The position numbers were made by a program, and so were the translations under genes. Of a DNA stretch of 42,085 nt, positions 12,632 through 25,968 are shown in pieces. This stretch comes from Octopus bimaculoides (taxonomy: Eukaryota): positions 101,751,601 through 101,793,685 of the forward strand of contig NC_068985.1 in assembly GCF_001194135.2 (NCBI RefSeq), read 5' to 3'. Every line of letters begins with the position of its first letter. Within the stretch, counting starts at the first letter, position 1. Under the pieces are notes generated by a model. It had not been told where the DNA came from, searched no databases, and saw only the letters and a program-made list of their open reading frames with translations.

Positions 12632-12792
12632 GCCAACATGAAATTTTGCGTTAACTTGGGAAGTCTGCTAGAGAGATATTAAATATACTTCGGCAAGCTT
12701 ACGGCGACGTGGCAATGGGTTGCATGCAATGTTTCAAGTGCCACGGGCGTTTCGAAAGGAGAAGAACATTCTTGGAAGGCGATGAGCGATCC
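12632..12792 (+). pseudogene. Mariner (Tc1/mariner) transposase N-terminal HTH fragment
   Basis: Translates, with one frameshift near 12654, to ANMKFCV/LGKSAREILNILRQAYGDVAMGCMQCFKCHGRFERRRTFLEGDERS. This matches the mariner N-terminal pattern KFCxKLGKSAxE..LxxAYGD.AM...CFxW..RF...R..LEDDERSGRP. No TIR recognised. Confidence 0.9.
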
Positions 12793-13008
12793 AATAGAGA
12801 TGGACGTATAAATGTGTAATGCAGCGTGTCGATGCAGTTGAAACTTAGATGATACAATCGGTAAAATTATTTCATGTGGAGTGTATAAACCGTCAGGAGG
12901 TATGAATGAGAGGTGAAAATATTTATTTTAGAACTTGAGATCCTTAGTATATCGGATACGTCGTAGCATGTTTGCATTAATATTCGTGCTCGGAATTAAG
13001 AAATACAT

Positions 13009-13061
13009 TTGTATATTCACAAATGAATGCAAATAAAGAAAGCTAACGCATCAGATCACCA
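13009..13061 (+). repeat. 53-bp dispersed direct repeat, copy 1 (unclassified)
   Basis: ttgtatattcacaaatgaatgcaaataaagaaagcta[a/g]cgcatcagatcacca has one mismatch to 17304-17356. A second shared block, aaaatgtat[g/a]gaagacc[t/g]aaa, lies at 13126-13146 and 17363-17383. Confidence 0.9.
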
Positions 13062-14669
13062 GAACGTCATCGTTACACTAATGATTCAACAGTAATTTAC
13101 TTCCAAAATTTGTCTATATATATTTAAAATGTATGGAAGACCTAAACTACATGTAAATTAGCTTGCTTTGTTGTTTCATATCAATTAGGTTAGAATTGAC
13201 TCTCTTTAATGCTAAGAAGAAACAGGAATTGATAAAAAGGAGGTGCAAAGTAAAGTAAAATTGAACGCAAATAGCTTTATATATACACACACATATATAT
13301 ATATNNNNNNNNNNNNNNNNNNNNNNNNNNNNNNNNNNNNNNNNNNNNNNNNNNNNNNNNNNNNNNNNNNNNNNNNNNNNNNNNNNNNNNNNNNNNNNNN
13401 NNNNNNNNNNNNNNNNNNNNNNNNNNNNNNNNNNNNNNNNNNNNNNNNNNNNNNNNNNNNNNNNNNNNNNNNNNNNNNNNNNNNNNNNNNNNNNNNNNNN
13501 NNNNNNNNNNNNNNNNNNNNNNNNNNNNNNNNNNNNNNNNNNNNNNNNNNNNNNNNNNNNNNNNNNNNNNNNNNNNNNNNNNNNNNNNNNNNNNNNNNNN
13601 NNNNNNNNNNNNNNNNNNNNNNNNNNNNNNNNNNNNNNNNNNNNNNNNNNNNNNNNNNNNNNNNNNNNNNNNNNNNNNNNNNNNNNNNNNNNNNNNNNNN
13701 NNNNNNNNNNNNNNNNNNNNNNNNNNNNNNNNNNNNNNNNNNNNNNNNNNNNNNNNNNNNNNNNNNNNNNNNNNNNNNNNNNNNNNNNNNNNNNNNNNNN
13801 NNNNNNNNNNNNNNNNNNNNNNNNNNNNNNNNNNNNNNNNNNNNNNNNNNNNNNNNNNNNNNNNNNNNNNNNNNNNNNNNNNNNNNNNNNNNNNNNNNNN
13901 NNNNNNNNNNNNNNNNNNNNNNNNNNNNNNNNNNNNNNNNNNNNNNNNNNNNNNNNNNNNNNNNNNNNNNNNNNNNNNNNNNNNNNNNNNNNNNNNNNNN
14001 NNNNNNNNNNNNNNNNNNNNNNNNNNNNNNNNNNNNNNNNNNNNNNNNNNNNNNNNNNNNNNNNNNNNNNNNNNNNNNNNNNNNNNNNNNNNNNNNNNNN
14101 NNNNNNNNNNNNNNNNNNNNNNNNNNNNNNNNNNNNNNNNNNNNNNNNNNNATATATATTTTTCTATATATTCGCGGAAACAAGAGTAGCGATGCATTAA
14201 AATGGATCATTATTATCATTAGTATATATATATATATATATAAATCGTTACTATTATGGAAAACTTTTGTAAGTCGAAAACGTTGCTTTTTTAGAAGTCG
14301 AAAAAATTGTTGAACCATTCCATTTGTTTTTATATTGCCAATAGTTTCAGCTTAACAATAATACTTTGAGAGGTGCATAAAATCGTGACTCCATGCATGT
14401 AGGATATTTTCAGTCAGAAATATTTTTGCTAAAATGTCGTATGTGAGACTTACTACGCTTTCGAAAAATGCTAAACCGTTGTACTACACTTAGACAATTC
14501 TTCAACTAAAGCAGCTGAAAATAGAATAGTCTGACCAAAAGAACCGGCTATGGCAAGCAAAATTAAAAACTGAAAAAGAAAAAAAAACGCATTTGGCCAA
14601 ATTTGGACATACGACACTTTAACATAATAACAACGATATATATATATATATATCCATTTCGTTCCTCAC

Positions 14670-14838
14670 CTTATATGTGAAATTATGCACTTACACTTGT
14701 ATCAGTGATAGATACCTGTATTTCCTGCACCGTGGACTTATTTAAAGAACGATATTAATGAGTGAATGCCCAGGTGTTCATATTATGTGAGACACAATGG
14801 CGGTTAGATGAATATTAAATCGGGATGAAGGTAGCTGA
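14670..14838 (-). other. Candidate non-coding exon (about 169 bp)
   Basis: Acceptor TTTTCTTTTTAATATTATAACTTCCAAG| and donor AAG|GTGAGG, with alternative donors CAG|GTATCT and AGT|GTAAGT nearby. All frames closed. Confidence 0.22.
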
Positions 14839-14904
14839 CTTGGAAGTTATAATATTAAAAAGAAAATTGTAAACCAGAAAGGTAAAAGAAAAAAAGAAGA
14901 AATA

Positions 14905-15106
14905 TACTCTTTTACTCTTTTACTTGTTTCAGTCATTTGACTGGGGCCATGCTGGAGCACCGCCTTCAGTCGAGCAAATCGATCGCAGGACTTATTCTTT
15001 GTAAGCCTAGTACTTATTCTATCGGTCTCTTTTGCTACGTTACGGGGACGTACACACACCAGCATCGGTTGTCAAGCGATGGGGGGGGGCAAACACAGAC
15101 ACACAA

Positions 15107-15143
<37 letters not shown>

Positions 15144-15319
15144 CATGTATATACGACGGGTTTCTTTCAGTTTCCGTCTACTAAATCCACTCACAATGCT
15201 TTGATCGGCCCGAGGCTATAGTAGAATACACCTGCCCAAGGTGCCACACATTGGGACTGAACCCGGACCCATGTGGTCGGCAAGCAAGCTACTTACCACA
15301 CAGCCACTCCTACGCCTAC
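14905..15319 (-). mobile_element. Full-length CORE-type tRNA SINE (OK-like, tentative) with internal CA/TA microsatellite and (AAAAGAGT)n tail
   Basis: Reverse complement: head aggagtggctgtgtggtaagtagcttgc, B box-like ggttcagtccc, CORE-like tggcaccttgggcaggtgt, internal microsatellite at 15100-15150, and tail gactgaaacaagtaaaagagtaaaagagta. Confidence 0.93.
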
Positions 15320-15446
15320 AAAACGATAAGAATTTTTATCCGGTTCCGAGTGGATAGGCGTAGTAACGTTACAAACGCAGATCAAATACTTTTAAGTAGA
15401 AGATCTAAGAATGAAAACAAGTAAAACGTGAATAGAATAAGACAAA

Positions 15447-15675
15447 AATAGTCTTCAAATTATGGTACAGGGTTAGCAATTTCGTGGGAGCGAGTGAGTC
15501 GATTACAACGACTCCCACCCATCTCCCGTCACTGCTATAATGGTACTTATTTTATCGAGCCCGAAAAGATTAAGGCCGAAGTCGACATCGGCAGAACTTG
15601 AACTAAGAACGTCAGAAATGAACGTAATGCTGCTCAGCATTTCACCTGGCCTGGTTGCGATTCTGCCACCTCGCT
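15447..15675 (-). mobile_element. Diverged Meta-core SINE, tail type 3, with a small internal insertion
   Basis: Reverse complement: gcgaggtggcagaatcg...gaaatgctgagcagcatt...agttcaagttctgccgatgtcgact...cgataaaataagtacc [extra ~25 nt] ...gtaatcgact...aaattgctaaccctgtaccataatttgaagac. Confidence 0.85.
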
Positions 15676-15914
15676 ATAATATGAATAACATAAATATTTA
15701 TAAAGATGTGTAGTTTTCTGAAGGATACGTAATATTCTAATCAAAATTATGCAGAGCCTTTATGGCAATGCGAGAAGAAAATGAATAATATGTAAAATCT
15801 TTATATTACAGAAGATTTCCCAAGCTGAAATATTAGTTTAGGATAATTTGTCAGAGGTCAGTGATCACCATGCGTGTTTTTAGACGAAAGTGTTCAACGG
15901 TATCAAACAACGAA

Positions 15915-16208
15915 GTAGTGGAAGTAGAAGTAACGGAAGTTGGAATAGTGGTAGTATCAGCAACAACAGCTGTAGTGTCATAGTCTTAGTAGTCGTGATA
16001 TATTGTTTTTAGAAGTGACAGAGGAGGTGGATGGTTTTTTGTGATATTTCTTTCTCGTAGCAACTACAGCAGACACAGCAGACGCGTTAGTGGGGTGGGG
16101 GAAAGTGTCCTGTCGTGGCAGTAGTCATAGCTGAAGAACCAGAAGCAGTAGAAGCACCAGCAGCAGTAATGACAGTAGTAAAAATACCAGCAGCAGCAGC
16201 AGCAGCAT

Positions 16209-16262
<54 letters not shown>

Positions 16263-16297
16263 GTAGTGGCGGCGGCGGTGGTGGTGGTGATAGTGGT
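15915..16297. repeat. Degenerate (AGT/AGC/GGT)n trinucleotide field with pure (AGT)n at about 16209-16260
   Basis: Direct reading. Confidence 0.85.
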
Positions 16298-16731
16298 NNN
16301 NNNNNNNNNNNNNNNNNNNNNNNNNNNNNNNNNNNNNNNNNNNNNNNNNNNNNNNNNNNNNNNNNNNNNNNNNNNNNNNNNNNNNNNNNNNNNNNNNNNN
16401 NNNNNNNNNNNNNNNNNNNNNNNNNNNNNNNNNNNNNNNNNNNNNNNNNNNNNNNNNNNNNNNNNNNNNNNNNNNNNNNNNNNNNNNNNNNNNNNNNNNN
16501 NNNNNNNNNNNNNNNNNNNNNNNNNNNNNNNNNNNNNNNNNNNNNNNNNNNNNNNNNNNNNNNNNNNNNNNNNNNNNNNNNNNNNNNNNNNNNNNNNNNN
16601 NNNNNNNNNNNNNNNNNNNNNNNNNNNNNNNNNNNNNNNNNNNNNNNNNNNNNNNNNNNNNNNNNNNNNNNNNNNNNNNNNNNNNNNNNNNNNNNNNNNN
16701 NNNNNNNNNNNNNNNNNNNNNNNNNNNNNNN

Positions 16732-16810
16732 GGAGAGGAGGAGGGGAGTGGAGAGAGGAGAGGAGGAGGGGAGTGGAGAGAGGAGAGGAGGAGGGGAGTG
16801 GAGAGAGGAG
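16732..16810. repeat. 25-bp G/A-rich minisatellite (ggagaggaggaggggagtggagaga) x about 3.2, running into the gap
   Basis: Three identical units read directly. Confidence 0.9.
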
Positions 16811-17303
16811 AGTAGCAGTTGCAGCGACAGCGTTGGAATTGTCCGTTGTATGTAATTGTATTAACAAAAGAGTACCAGTGACAAACGGAATTATACGAGT
16901 GACTGCTCCACGTATTCATTCATATAAACCCGCTTCCACGGCTTAAGTTACCGAATTGAGAATGTTATTTTTTCAATTCATAAATTGTTTACACTCCACT
17001 CTTCGGTTTGGATGGGAATGGACATACACTTCTGAATTTTCCAACATTTCTAGATATGTTTTTGGTGGTAAGATTTGGGTATTGTTAAGAGCTCTTCGAA
17101 GCAGATGAGTAAAAGTTGGATTGTGCTCTATATTATATATGTCACACTAGATATGTATGTATAACCATCTGTTTGTGTTATAGATAAGAACATTAATTTT
17201 AGTGCAAGTTTAGTTATAGCTATGGACCTGTTTGGTAGACAGGCGTTTCTGAGGGCCAGCATGACGAGTTCTCGTATTGCAGATATCAAGAAGTATTCTA
17301 TCA

Positions 17304-17356
17304 TTGTATATTCACAAATGAATGCAAATAAAGAAAGCTAGCGCATCAGATCACCA
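17304..17356 (+). repeat. 53-bp dispersed direct repeat, copy 2
   Basis: See 13009-13061. Confidence 0.9.
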
Positions 17357-18285
17357 ACATTCAAAATGTATAGAAGACCGAAAGCAGGTATTACTGGAAT
17401 TTGTGAATTTGGTTCTAGTTTTACGTGTTTGTAGAAAGAATTGATGGAAGAAGCTTTGTATATGTTTATTCGAAGTAATTGAAGAACTACGTGATTTAGG
17501 TGATCCATATCTCAGCATTAGTGAATGTTGCTTTGAAAGGGATTCTATATATTTCGTTTTCTAACTCTTAAGGATGACCACATTGAAATGCAATGAAGAG
17601 ATGTCTACTAGCTGATTTTCTGCAGAAATCCAAGTTGATTTCACCTGACGTGATGTACAGTTGGAAATCTACGGGGGAAGAGATTCGATATTCCTTAGCG
17701 TTCAGTTTCAAATTTCTATCTATGTTCATCCATGTTGAATTTCATTAATATTTTATTAGCTTCTACAGGAAAAAAATTTTAAGGATGTGTCTGTCATTCA
17801 CATATCCGTAGATGTAAGCGCGTGAATGGCAATTCAATGTTGTTGTTGTTGCAGTGCTTATTACAAAGCTTGAATATATTTTGTTCCAGTTGTGTGATGC
17901 TCAGATCTATGCATGCTGTGGAGTCCTACCAATAAATAAATGGTATAGGGTGCAGTGCATTGATTTGCACACGGGTCAATAATGGTGCTAAAACGAATCT
18001 GGACATAAAAATCATTGGTTGGTGGAACACAAATGCAACAAAAGCTGTACAGAAATTTGTTAGGAATATGAATGTGAAATGAAACAATAAGGCATAAATA
18101 CAGTAATGTTACACGACTGGAATTCCACTCTAATACTAGAAAGATTATTAGACATGACTCATGTGGTAAATGGTCACTGAAGTATATGTACATTGTATAG
18201 AAAATCGTGGATAAGGCCAAAACAATGCGAAGCAAATGCAAGGTAAATCACAAGAAGACAAATATGTGAATTAATGTAAACTTAC

Positions 18286-18515
18286 CTTGTATTCAATATT
18301 TCGGTGTTATGAACCTATTTTCAAGAAATTTGACGTATGATGCCGAGGTGCGTGTGTGTGAGCGTTTATGAAGTGAACATGCGCAGAAGGGTGTGGTTAT
18401 AGCAACAAGCGAGCTTTCTATAATTCCTTTCTATTGTTGATCTTTGGTTTATTTTGGTGTATGAAGACAGTCGCAGAGATTTAAGGTTGCCTATGATCCG
18501 CTGTGTTGCCTTGAT
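18286..18515 (-). other. Candidate first (non-coding) exon ending at a consensus donor
   Basis: Perfect donor AAG|GTAAGT at 18286/18285. No polypyrimidine acceptor upstream; nine CpGs in about 210 bp. The 5' boundary is unknown and is set at the (CA)n tract. Confidence 0.3.
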
Positions 18516-18517
18516 GT

Positions 18518-18566
<49 letters not shown>

Positions 18567-19273
18567 CACACACACATACATATATANNNNNNNNNNNNNN
18601 NNNNNNNNNNNNNNNNNNNNNNNNNNNNNNNNNNNNNNNNNNNNNNNNNNNNNNNNNNNNNNNNNNNNNNNNNNNNNNNNNNNNNNNNNNNNNNNNNNNN
18701 NNNNNNNNNNNNNNNNNNNNNNNNNNNNNNNNNNNNNNNNNNNNNNNNNNNNNNNNNNNNNNNNNNNNNNNNNNNNNNNNNNNNNNNNNNNNNNNNNNNN
18801 NNNNNNNNNNNNNNNNNNNNNNNNNNATATACATATATGTATATATACATATGTGTGTGTACACACACATACATATAATTAGTTATCTCACATCCCCTGT
18901 AAATGTAACAGTTCTACAAATTTCCTAAAATCGCTGGTAGTTGTTAATAGTAGTGTTTCGTTCTTCATATGGACTCGTCAGCACGATGTATCTCGGGACT
19001 TAAAATTATGTTGAATGAATGCGCTAATTCATTTCAATCTCCTGCTTTGGGAATAACATGTAACCGTTACTATTGATTCAAATTCGGATATAGTTATATA
19101 TTTTAACATATTAAATATTAGACCAGAAGCAAATTCGATGCCAAAATGTTTATCTAAAATATGCACTTAGGCTTAAATGACGAAGTTAGATATGCCTAAG
19201 CTGAAGGAAATTAACAATTGATTCTGAAGACATTAAATATCTTTACTTATAATAATGTATGTGGGTACTTTAA

Positions 19274-19493
19274 TGCGGCCAGCTGGCAGAAACGTTAGCA
19301 CGCCGGGCGAAATGCTTATCGCTATTTCGTCTGTTTACTTTTTTTACGTTCTGAGTTCAAATTCCGCCGTGGTTGACTTTTCTTTCATCCTTTCGGGTCG
19401 ATAAAATAAGTACCAGTTGCATACTAGAGTCGATCTAATCGACTGGCCCCCTCCCCCAAAATTTCTGGCCTTGTGCCTAGAGTAGAAAAGAAT
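19274..19493 (+). mobile_element. Meta-core SINE, tail type 1, with decayed TSD
   Basis: Same head, core and tail as 1304-1519. Flanks aatgtatgtgggtactttaatgc (19254-19276) and aatatatgtgaatacattatgc (from 19491) resemble an old TSD. Confidence 0.92.
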
Positions 19494-22051
19494 ATATGTG
19501 AATACATTATGCCCTTGAAATATTTGCTTAATATTAGAACAGATGGTATAAATGCGATACATTTGTTTGTAGCACTAACATTTACTGTATCAGGTTTAGG
19601 ATTATGAAATTTAAATAAAAATTTTGTAGGATTTGTAGATGTAAATGACATCGGAATTTTATAATCCTAAACGTAATACAGAAGCAACTGATATAAGATA
19701 AACTATTTCATTATTCGATATTTTCTTTTGCATAAAAATTTACCCAATTGTTAGCAGCAGACAAGATATTCAAGTAATATATGTGATACATATGTTTCTA
19801 TACTCGGCTCATTTAAATATTCTACATCACATCCGATCGATTAATACTACAATACCTGTATATTTCCATACTTCTATGAAGGTGGTTTGAATTATTCATA
19901 TATATGAATGATGCAATCTCCTAAACTGGCTGAACATAAAATTTAAATACTAGACGTACTGTATTCGTTATCACGGTTAACGTTTTCCTTCCTGTTATAT
20001 TAGGATTCAGATATTTTTCATCTCTTCTTTTGCTTCTGGATTTCGTATTTTTCGAATCTAGCATATTCAAAATCATTTAGGTCAGAGAACTTTATAGTTA
20101 AGAAGAGATTTTGTAAACGCACAAAAATAAATTACACAATAAATAATACAAAAAATATAAGATCTAGAAGAAAATTAAACTCGCACAAAATCGATAATCG
20201 ATTTCTAATGTTAAATCACGTGATATCTAAATGAACTTAAAGTGTAGAAACTTCAGAATTCTTAATTTTACTTCTTTTCTTGTTTATTCGTCATATTTAT
20301 ATTTAAATTTTTTCTACTTGTTTAATTTTTCTTTTTCAATCTTCATAGTTTACTGCCGTTTTATCTATGAGTTTTCAAGAGCAACAAAGAGATAAAGAAT
20401 CAGCTCTTGTTAAATGTTACCATGGTGTATGCAATTATGGTTGCAAGGAGATACATTAAAAGATTATACTAAGCTTTATACATTAAAGGATTAAAGTTTT
20501 CAATCGAATATTTTTTATTCACCTCTTTTATTTCTAGCATATATTTTGAAAACATTATATAACCATACATTCTACGTAGAATATACACGCAATTATATCT
20601 ATATCTTTATCCATATGTATGTGTGCGTGTATATATGTGCGTATTTGTGTGTGTGAATGTAACATTCCGTCAGTATGTACCTTTCTCTCAGCGTGTGTGT
20701 ATGTGTGTGTCTGTAATTAATTTTGTGTGTATGTTTCAAAGGATGTCTAATTAATATATGTATATATTTGTGTTTGCTTGCTTATCGATTGTTTCTTCTT
20801 GTAATCGATTGTGTTTGACTTTTAATCTGGTAGCGATTCTTGTTCATGTCTTTTTTTCTAATCGTTTTATTGTTTTATTATTTATTGTTACAGATGAAGA
20901 TCATTTTCAGACACAAAGCGTTAAACGTTCATTTCAAATTCGTTTTCGTTTAGTCAAGTTATTGTCACATGCTACTTTATAATCGATAGTTTTGTAAATC
21001 TATTTTTAACGAATTTGGATTTATAATTAATTGCATAGAACCTGTATGATAGCATTTATCGCAATGGTTAGAGACGCGATTGTTTTCAATCTTCTATTAT
21101 TACAATTACTGAAATATTGTTAGTGTAACTCTTACAAGTTGTCAACAGAGTACAAGATTTTTGAATTTTTATACTGATGAATATATGAGATGACCGTTGA
21201 GCAGTGTAATAAAGGAGCAATTTATGACTGAATTATACACATTTCAATAATCAATTTCTGCCATTCATATTGTGTATCAGCTCAGAAATGTCATGGCGTT
21301 CATGGTAACATGCATGCCTCTGCTCAGTAGGATCTATTCCTACATGGTTTTCTGTAGGTTTTATCCTACTGAAGATGAAATAGAAAGCGTTGACCAAGGA
21401 TTAGCGTCCGTTTATTCATATATGCTATCCTCCATATCCTTGTGGTTTTGCTATAAATTATTATTGAGAGAAGATTCTGAGGGGTTAATTAGTTAATAAC
21501 ATATGATATGATACTTTATGCTACAAGTTCAAACACAATTGTATCCTGTACGATATAATAAATATCTGGCAGGTGCTGAAGTCAAATTGAACACACAATC
21601 TGTTGTATAATATTTGGACTAGTACTGTGTGTAAGTAGTTGTACTCATTGTCACCACCACCATCACCACACCATCCTCATGGTGGCCGTCATCCTCATCA
21701 TCCTCACCACCACCATCATCATCATCATCATCATTGCTCTTAGGATCGTTATATTCAACGATTCCTTTCAGTAATTATCAATTTTAAAATAATTATAGAT
21801 TCTACTGAAAAATTCTGTTCAATTTATTTTCATGGAATGAATATTTAATAAACTTGGGAGTAAAAGTTGTTGCGAGCAAAAAACAAGACCTGTTTTACTT
21901 AATTTTTTTTTACTTTTCTTGTTTCTCTACAAAAGTATATAATATATGCACAGGGAAACATTCAGACAAACGAAAATAAAATTTATGAAATCCTGTGTAT
22001 GTTTAATATGTATGAATATGTATGCTTAAAAAACAACGATTGCATACAGGG

Positions 22052-22150
22052 CGAAATGCTTAAGAGTGTTTGTTCCGACTACGTTCTAAACTCAAATTCC
22101 ACCAAGGTCACATGTGCAACTCATTCTTTCAAAATTAATAAAATAAGCAT
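22052..22150 (+). mobile_element. Highly decayed Meta-core SINE fragment
   Basis: gggcgaaatgcttaag...actacgttctaaactcaaattccaccaaggtca...cattctttc...aataaaataag, collinear with the other copies. Confidence 0.7.
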
Positions 22151-22756
22151 AGCTAACTTTAGAATGCGTATTTTAATTCGTAAGGTAGAGGTGAAAATTA
22201 CCAAGAATATTTTACAGAAAGGCTTGTGCGTGAGATGATAGGAATGTAGATTCACATCTCACAGTCGAGATCGGGTTATTTCAACTCTTTAAAAGGAATT
22301 GGCCGCATACAATAATATGCCAGAATGCATTGAGAACAACAGTGGATTAACTAGACTATTATAGAGGTTTTATGAATGCAGCTCATTAGTTAAGCCTTCG
22401 TTTTCTATAACTAGCTATATACATAACATATTCTTTAGCCCTACGGACAATTTAAAAATGACAACAGATGTTAAAACTTTATTTGTCATTTCCTAGTGAC
22501 AGAGAATAAAGTGAACTAAAGAATTAGCAAAATGGAATTGCCGGAGACTTTCGTCAGTAATAGGTGTTGGCACTCGCTACTGAGAAAAGCTGAAGAGAAA
22601 CGGAGTAAAGCAGAGTATGGAAGTTAATCAATTCTTTAAGGAAGGTGCATAGAAAATATTTTGTATGCAGCATCGAGAGCAGATTCACACTAAACCGGTT
22701 TTTTTCTTTTCTTTTTTTTTACCCTGAGTCCTTATTCGTAAGGTATTTTCTGATGT

Positions 22757-23963
<1,207 letters not shown>

Positions 23964-25550
23964 CTGGATTTAAGTGTAACTTCTCAAACCATAGTATATT
24001 AAAAATACCCACACCAAAGTCCTTGTATAATGCATTACACTGAAATAATAGTTATTGCCTCTCAATCTAATGACTTTCGTTTTGGCCGATGGTGCGATAC
24101 ATATGATGTTAATTTTGAACGTAGCCTTCGATCAGTAAGTTTAAAATGCCAGAAAGACATTTTGCCTATTTTGGTATTGTTGACCTAATCCAATGACGTA
24201 GCTTGTAATCATAATCTGGGCCTAGAACATTTCTAATACATTTGTGGATATTACAATCTTTCGTAGCACTAGGCTGTAACAAGTCAGATGACGAAATGTG
24301 GTTTCTTTTCTACTCACAATTAACACAGAAGTGCTGTTTTCGTCTTTTGAGCACATGTGTAAGATAAACTAAAATAGAGTGTAATAAATTTTACAAATGG
24401 TACCACACAATAACACATGCATTATATATATGTATATATATATATATATATATATNNNNNNNNNNNNNNNNNNNNNNNNNNNNNNNNNNNNNNNNNNNNN
24501 NNNNNNNNNNNNNNNNNNNNNNNNNNNNNNNNNNNNNNNNNNNNNNNNNNNNNNNNNNNNNNNNNNNNNNNNNNNNNNNNNNNNNNNNNNNNNNNNNNNN
24601 NNNNNNNNNNNNNNNNNNNNNNNNNNNNNNNNNNNNNNNNNNNNNNNNNNNNNNNNNNNNNNNNNNNNNNNNNNNNNNNNNNNTATATATATATATATAT
24701 ATATATTTATATACATACATATATGTGGCGATGTCCAGGAATGCTGTTGCAAGCAATAACCAAATGAAAATGTGATATGACAATACAGTAAACTCAGCGC
24801 AATTCTATCAGAGGTAGGTTTGCTGGAGGAAAATATTTGTCAGATTGTAGAGAGACTATTATCCAATGAAATGTATAAGAGAAACGTAAACACCTTTTCT
24901 TAAAAATATGAATTAATATAAGTTTGATATTAAATCATCCAGTTTACTTAACTTTCCAATATTTCAAAACGGAGACATATTTCCTACAGGCGTAGAATCG
25001 TTTATTTACTAAAACTATTATTTGAATATTTACTAAGTTAATGCTAAGTATAAAAACTATGTAGAAAATAAAAATTACTACGTTCAATGGTCACCATATT
25101 CGAAAATTTTTAAAATCCCTTCAATCATTAAATGCACTGAGTCGATTAGAGAAAGCATTCATTCGCAGCATACTAATTTATATGTGTGAAATATGAGTGT
25201 AGATATCGATAGATGGGAATGACATAGGATAACAATTCATTAATTAATTTCACGGTATAAGCTGACTGAGGCTTATGAGCGTCTCAAGTATAACTTAGAT
25301 TGCAATGCATCCATATAGGTAAAAACATAAAACAAAAATCTTATTAAGAATGTGCATACGTCGATCGAGAGTAGATATCAACGTTTAAAGTGTTGATCGG
25401 ATTATTGCTAATTTATAATATTTCTAAATAAAAAAACACAGAAAAGTATTGATGTTCATAAATGTATAATTTTATATTTCATTAGTTATTTCTTCAAACA
25501 CAAACATATACACACATCTCCATGGAAACCGGTTGCTAGATGTCCTTTTG

Positions 25551-25674
25551 ACTGTATCAGCCTTTGCCTTTCCCTTTCCCTTGGACATGATCGGTGATTT
25601 GGAAATGTGTCTTCTGCGTTTTACAACGAACATTGCACATGTAAAAAGACATGTATATTTGTGTAGGTACGTGT
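25551..25674 (+). repeat. Left arm of an inverted duplication: SINE internal piece fused to SINE flank
   Basis: 25551-25603 is the reverse complement of 26089-26141 (SINE body); 25602-25674 is the reverse complement of 25886-25956 (unique flank). The intervening 25957-26088 is absent from this arm. Confidence 0.9.
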
Positions 25675-25968
25675 GTACATGTTTCTGTATGATTCTGTGC
25701 AACTTTACATAGGTATATGTAGTAGAAAATGGGTGTACAAACAGATCTGTGATTGTCAGGATTATATTTAGCGAACCACTTAGAAAACCATAATGCAATG
25801 TGCCTCCTGAAGAGCTGTTAATTTACTTCTACACTGCGCAGTTATGAGGTACAAAGCAAATGTATACACACAAACACACGCGCAAACACGTACCCACACA
25901 AACGTACGTCTTTTTATATCTGCAATGTTAGTTGTAAAACGCAGAAGACACATTTCTGTACAGAGTTT

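Noticed and set aside
17861-18241. 126-aa ORF, the longest without repeats or gaps
   Set aside because: F/I/L/Y/C-rich composition typical of random AT-rich frames, no domain recognised, and it lies just inside a predicted intron.
21272-21496. 74-aa ORF with an internal acceptor-like TTTTCTGTAG|G
   Set aside because: No recognisable homology, non-ATG start, no supporting exons.
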